From: an uncultured delta proteobacterium | GTDB taxonomy: Bacteria; Desulfobacterota; Desulfomonilia; UBA1062 | Assembly (NCBI GenBank): GCA_963752595.1 | Contig: CAVVYZ010000026.1 | Coordinates: 1 to 55,713 of the forward strand | Length of the DNA: 55,713 bases | Reading direction: 5' to 3' | Shown here: positions 51,690 through 55,713 of the stretch, in pieces | How positions within the stretch are numbered: the first letter of the stretch is position 1 | Layout of the letters: each line of letters starts with the position of its first letter | Notes under the pieces: generated by a model | Seen by the model: the letters and a program-made list of their open reading frames with translations, nothing else | What the model was told of the DNA's origin: nothing | Database searches by the model: none | Program-made: the position numbers and the translations under genes

Positions 51690-53858
51690 CTAGCTGATAA
51701 AAAGCATTTCCCAGTATTTCGGCATCGGCCAGAGATCGTTGTCCACGTACAGTTCCAGGGTATCGACCTTGTCCCTGATGTCTACCATGGTCTTTTTGAT
51801 CTCATCGCAGAAATACGCTGCCTTTTTCTCTTCGGGCTGAATGGAATTTGCCTTGTCGACCTTGGCTTTAAGCTCATTGACCAGTTTCTGTGAATCGTTT
51901 ATGAGACCGCTGATTACCTTCACGAGCTCTTTTTGAGATTTAAGCTCTTTGCCGTCGCCGATGACATCCATCACTGATTTGACAGACATAGCGATGTTCT
52001 TCTGATACGTTACGGCCGCCGGAATGATCTGATTCTGTACCATATTGCACAGCGTCACTGCCTCGATATCGACTTCCTTGATGTATCTTTCAAGGCGTAC
52101 ATGATAGCGGGATATCAGCTCTATCGGAGAAAGCACGCTATACTTCCGGAAGAGCTTGCAGGCTTTATCGGTCTTGAGGTCTTTCAGCGCTTCGCAGGTG
52201 GTATTTTTGTTCGGCAGCCCTCTTTTTGCAGCTTCCTCTTCCCATTCCCTGGTGTAGTTGTCGCCCATGAAGAGGATAGCTTTGTTGGCTTTTACTTCTT
52301 CTTTCACAACTTCCAATGCAGCCTGTTTTACGTCTCCACCCTTTGCTTTGATCTTTTTGGCGAGGATATCGATGCTCTCCGCCACTATGGTGTTGAGAAC
52401 CGTTGCCGGGAAAGAGATGGACTGTGAAGACCCTACTGCCCTGAATTCGAACTTGTTGCCGGTGAATGCGAAGGGTGATGTCCTGTTCCGGTCAGTGCTG
52501 TCCTTGCTCAAGACAGGCAGCTTTGAGATCTCGAGGTCTATGATCGCCTCATCGGTGGCCTTGGTAATTTTCCCTTTCTCGATATTGTCCAGGATCTGTG
52601 TGAGCTGCTCGCCCAGGAACACCGAGATGATTGCGGGGGGTGCTTCATTCGCTCCGAGCCTGTGGTCGTTCCCGGCCGATGCAACGGATGCCCTCAGCAG
52701 ATCTGCATGGGTATTCACCGCTTTAATGGTTGCCATCAGGAACACGAGAAATTGGATATTATCGTGAGGGGTTTTGCCGGGATTGAGCAGATTATTTCCG
52801 AGGTCGTCGGAAAGAGACCAGTTCACGTGTTTTCCCGAGCCGTTGATGCCTGCAAAAGGCTTCTCATGAAGCAGCAGTTTCATCTTGTGAAGCGCTGCAA
52901 CCCGCTTCATTGTTTCCATTACGAGCTGGTTGTGGTCTGCCGCCAGGTTTGCCTCCTCAAAAATGGGGGCAAGCTCGAACTGGCTGGGAGCCACCTCGTT
53001 GTGCCTGGTTTTTGCGGGAATGCCCAGTTTATAGAGCTCTTCTTCAACATCGTGCATGAAGGATAAGACCCGTTCTTTGATGCTGCCGAAGTACTGGTCT
53101 TCAAGCTGCTGGCCTTTTGCCGGCGCTGCTCCAAGGAGGCTCCGTCCGCTCAAGACCAGGTCCTGCCTCTTGTAGTAATAGTCCTGATCGATCAGGAAAT
53201 ATTCCTGCTCGGGCCCGAGCGTGGTAAAAACCTTCTTTGATTCGGTATTGCCCAAGAGCCGCATCAGGTTGGTTGCGCTTTTGTTTATGGCGCTGATGGA
53301 GCGCAGGAGCGGAGTCTTCTTGTCAAGAGCCTCACCTGTGTAGGATATGAATATCGTCGGGATGCACAGGGTGGTGCCAAGGCCGTTCCTGATGATAAAG
53401 GCAGGGCTTGTCGGGTCCCATGCCGTATAGCCGCGGGCTTCGAATGTGGATCGTAATCCGCCGCTCGGGAAACTCGATGCATCGGGCTCTCCCTGGATGA
53501 GCTGTTTTCCCGAGAATCTCTCGATGATCTCGCCGGAATCCGTGAATTCGATGAACGAGTCGTGCTTTTCCGCAGTGGCCCCGGTCATCGGCTGGAACCA
53601 GTGGCAGTAATGCGTTGCGCCTTTATCGATAGCCCATTCCTTTATCGCATGGGCAATGGAGTTTGCAGTGTCGGCGTCGAGCTTCCGCCCCTCATTGATG
53701 ATCTCAATGATGCGCTTGTATGTATCCTTAGGCAGCTTCTGCTGCATCACCTTCGTGCTGAAAATGTCTTCCCCGAAATACTTCGAGATCGGCATCTCTT
53801 TTTCTTTTTCAATGATATAGGTTCTCTCCGAAGCTGTGATTGGATCTTTGATCTTCAT
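51690..53858 (-). CDS. glnN: Glutamine synthetase type III
   Basis: HWFQPMTG.TAEKHDSF, EPDASSFPSGG, EQEYF, HNEVAP, HEKPFAGINGSGKH, RLGANEAPP, DRNRTSPFAF; GGAGG RBS before MKIKD. Confidence 0.95.
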   Translation of the reverse strand: MKIKDPITASERTYIIEKEKEMPISKYFGEDIFSTKVMQQKLPKDTYKRIIEIINEGRKLDADTANSIAHAIKEWAIDKGATHYCHWFQPMTGATAEKHDSFIEFTDSGEIIERFSGKQLIQGEPDASSFPSGGLRSTFEARGYTAWDPTSPAFIIRNGLGTTLCIPTIFISYTGEALDKKTPLLRSISAINKSATNLMRLLGNTESKKVFTTLGPEQEYFLIDQDYYYKRQDLVLSGRSLLGAAPAKGQQLEDQYFGSIKERVLSFMHDVEEELYKLGIPAKTRHNEVAPSQFELAPIFEEANLAADHNQLVMETMKRVAALHKMKLLLHEKPFAGINGSGKHVNWSLSDDLGNNLLNPGKTPHDNIQFLVFLMATIKAVNTHADLLRASVASAGNDHRLGANEAPPAIISVFLGEQLTQILDNIEKGKITKATDEAIIDLEISKLPVLSKDSTDRNRTSPFAFTGNKFEFRAVGSSQSISFPATVLNTIVAESIDILAKKIKAKGGDVKQAALEVVKEEVKANKAILFMGDNYTREWEEEAAKRGLPNKNTTCEALKDLKTDKACKLFRKYSVLSPIELISRYHVRLERYIKEVDIEAVTLCNMVQNQIIPAAVTYQKNIAMSVKSVMDVIGDGKELKSQKELVKVISGLINDSQKLVNELKAKVDKANSIQPEEKKAAYFCDEIKKTMVDIRDKVDTLELYVDNDLWPMPKYWEMLFIS

Positions 53859-54052
53859 TTCTCCTCCATTTATATTAATGGTTCTCAAAAATGAACTCAG
53901 GCGCAAATTCGGGAATTGATGTTAAGGTCTTATGCATAAATTGTCCACAAGATCAATAGCTCACTCAAGGATAACGATTCAATACGATATCCCGTATCTC
54001 CTGAGCCGATCGTTGTGAAATCCTCCTTGTTGTTTGATCTGCACAGTATAAA

Positions 54053-54069
54053 AGCAAGGAGGGTGCCAA
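54053..54069 (-). promoter_or_regulatory. Sigma54 (-24/-12) promoter for glutamine synthetase
   Basis: Minus strand TTGGCACCCTCCTTGCT matches TGGCAC-N5-TTGC. Confidence 0.8.
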
Positions 54070-54400
54070 AGCAGGTATCTATTAATTTATTGTTATTATT
54101 GATATATCGACCTCAACAGGTTGAATGAATTGTTCAAAAATGAGTCATTCTCCATGGAAACGTTCATTATTGTATAAAGTACATTCTCAGAGCACTGATG
54201 AATATCGATGAGGATCGACCCGGCCGGCCGTGCGGTCATGGGTGGGCACAAAGACAGCTCTATAAGCAGACCGGTTTTATTTCATACTTGATAAACATCT
54301 CCCGGTTGCATAATAGCTATAGAGATAAGGTATTATGCAACCAGGTGCATTCCGCACATTGGTATCTTTAGTACGCACTTTGACAGGAGTAGTGTCTGCC

Positions 54401-55713
54401 ATGAACTGGGAAGAAAAAATCGTACCCCCTCAGGAAGCGTTTGCGAAGATAGAACCCGGCATGAAGATCTTCGTAGGGACCGGTGTTGCCGAGCCCAGGA
54501 CTCTGATGAAGCATCTCATGGCATCGGATGCCCCGAATCTTCAGGATCTCGAACTCATCCAGCTTGTGAGCCTTGGAGACGTGATTACCATGAAAGAGCT
54601 CCAGACACAGAAATTCAGGCTCAAGACCTTCTTCTCGGGATGGGTTGCGAGCGATGCCATCACCCAGGGGTACGTTGATCTGATCCCGAGCCGGTTTTCC
54701 CGGGTCCCCGCACTCATCGAATCCCGCATGCTGCCTATCGATGTGGCGTTCATCCAGATCACCCCGCCGAACGAGGCCGGGTACTGCAGCCTCGGGATGG
54801 CAGTGGATGTAGCCCGCTATGCCATGGAACAGGCATCCATCGTCATCGGCGAGATCAGCAGCCAGGTCCCCCGCACCTACGGGGATACGTTCGTGCCGCT
54901 CTCCGAGTTCGACATGCTCGTACGCTCCGATGATACTCCCATCTATTTCAGCCGCTGGCCCATAGACGAAGTAATTGACCAGGTGGCTGCAAACGTCGCA
55001 TCGGTTATCGAAGACGGAAGCTGCCTCTGCTTTTCCATCGGCCCGATCTACGAGGCGCTGGCGAAGCACCTCACCCAGAAGAGCAACCTCGGTATCCACA
55101 CACCGTTTTTCACCGACGCCCTTATGGATCTGGTCAAGAGCGGCGCCGTAACGAACCGGAAAAAAGAGGTGTACCGCGGAAAGTCGCTCACCTCGTATGC
55201 ATTCGGCACCAGAGAGCTCATGTGCTGGCTCGACCGCAACCCTCTCGTTGATTTCCAGGGGATCGACACGGTCTTCAACCCCGTCCAGATCGGCCTGAAC
55301 CCGAATTTCATTGCCGTGATACCGGCCAGGAAGGTGGACCTCACGGGCAGGATCGCCATGCACATAGGGAAAGGCAATGTAGCTGCAAGCCCGGGCGAGG
55401 CCCTTGATTTCGTCAACGGCGCAGAGCTCTCGCGCGGCGGCGCCACCATCTTTGCCCTGCCCAGCAGAAACCGCAAAGGCGAACCGAATGTCCGCCTGTC
55501 GGTGGAAGACCTTCCCAATCAGTTCAACCTAAGGGAATCCGTGGATATGGTGATCACCGAGTACGGCGTCGCCAATATGCGCGGCAGGACCGTACGTGAG
55601 CGGGCGCAGTTCCTCATCGATGTCTCCCACCCGGAAGACCGGAAAAGGCTGTTCGATCAGGCAAAGGAGCACAAGATCCTCTACCCTGACCAGATATACC
55701 TGCTGGAATCAGC
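54401..55713 (+). CDS. Acetyl-CoA hydrolase/transferase family protein (paralog of 14448..16298), runs off the window end
   Basis: MNWEEKIVPPQEAF, GTGVAEPR, VITEYG, RERAQFLIDVSHP; absent from the ORF track because no stop is in the window. Confidence 0.88.
   Translation, partial: MNWEEKIVPPQEAFAKIEPGMKIFVGTGVAEPRTLMKHLMASDAPNLQDLELIQLVSLGDVITMKELQTQKFRLKTFFSGWVASDAITQGYVDLIPSRFSRVPALIESRMLPIDVAFIQITPPNEAGYCSLGMAVDVARYAMEQASIVIGEISSQVPRTYGDTFVPLSEFDMLVRSDDTPIYFSRWPIDEVIDQVAANVASVIEDGSCLCFSIGPIYEALAKHLTQKSNLGIHTPFFTDALMDLVKSGAVTNRKKEVYRGKSLTSYAFGTRELMCWLDRNPLVDFQGIDTVFNPVQIGLNPNFIAVIPARKVDLTGRIAMHIGKGNVAASPGEALDFVNGAELSRGGATIFALPSRNRKGEPNVRLSVEDLPNQFNLRESVDMVITEYGVANMRGRTVRERAQFLIDVSHPEDRKRLFDQAKEHKILYPDQIYLLES

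Overview
55.7 kb of bacterial chromosome. The gene content (2-oxoacid:ferredoxin oxidoreductase, CoA-substrate activase, acetyl-CoA hydrolase-GNAT fusions, type III glutamine synthetase, tandem acyl-CoA ligases) suggests an anaerobe of the deltaproteobacterial/Desulfobacterota type; this is inference. Many genes, including gatA and gatB, are broken by single-base indels, most simply explained as long-read or low-coverage assembly error rather than real pseudogenes. Accessory elements: (1) an integron cassette array at about 46.0-49.9 kb with four ~60 bp attC sites, an attI-like site and no integrase. Its first cassette encodes an uncharacterised N-terminal domain fused to a TIR (NADase-type) domain, a candidate anti-phage effector, and its second encodes an unknown membrane protein. 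(2) A probable nhaA-I (Li+/Na+-type) riboswitch overlapping a terminator upstream of a CBS + ArsB/NhaD permease operon. (3) A lipase-chaperone / IS200 / DUF3015 / DUF4105 (Lnb-like) / alpha-beta hydrolase envelope cluster. (4) An AT-rich decayed islet (about 18.6-22.8 kb) with a beta-barrel protein, a Phd-RelE toxin-antitoxin pair, a truncated DNA methyltransferase, an IS3 and a tyrosine-recombinase remnant. (5) A 58-aa, 8-Cys desulforedoxin-like gene missing from the ORF track. No tRNA, rRNA or CRISPR array was recognised. All family assignments come from motif recognition by eye; no searches were run.
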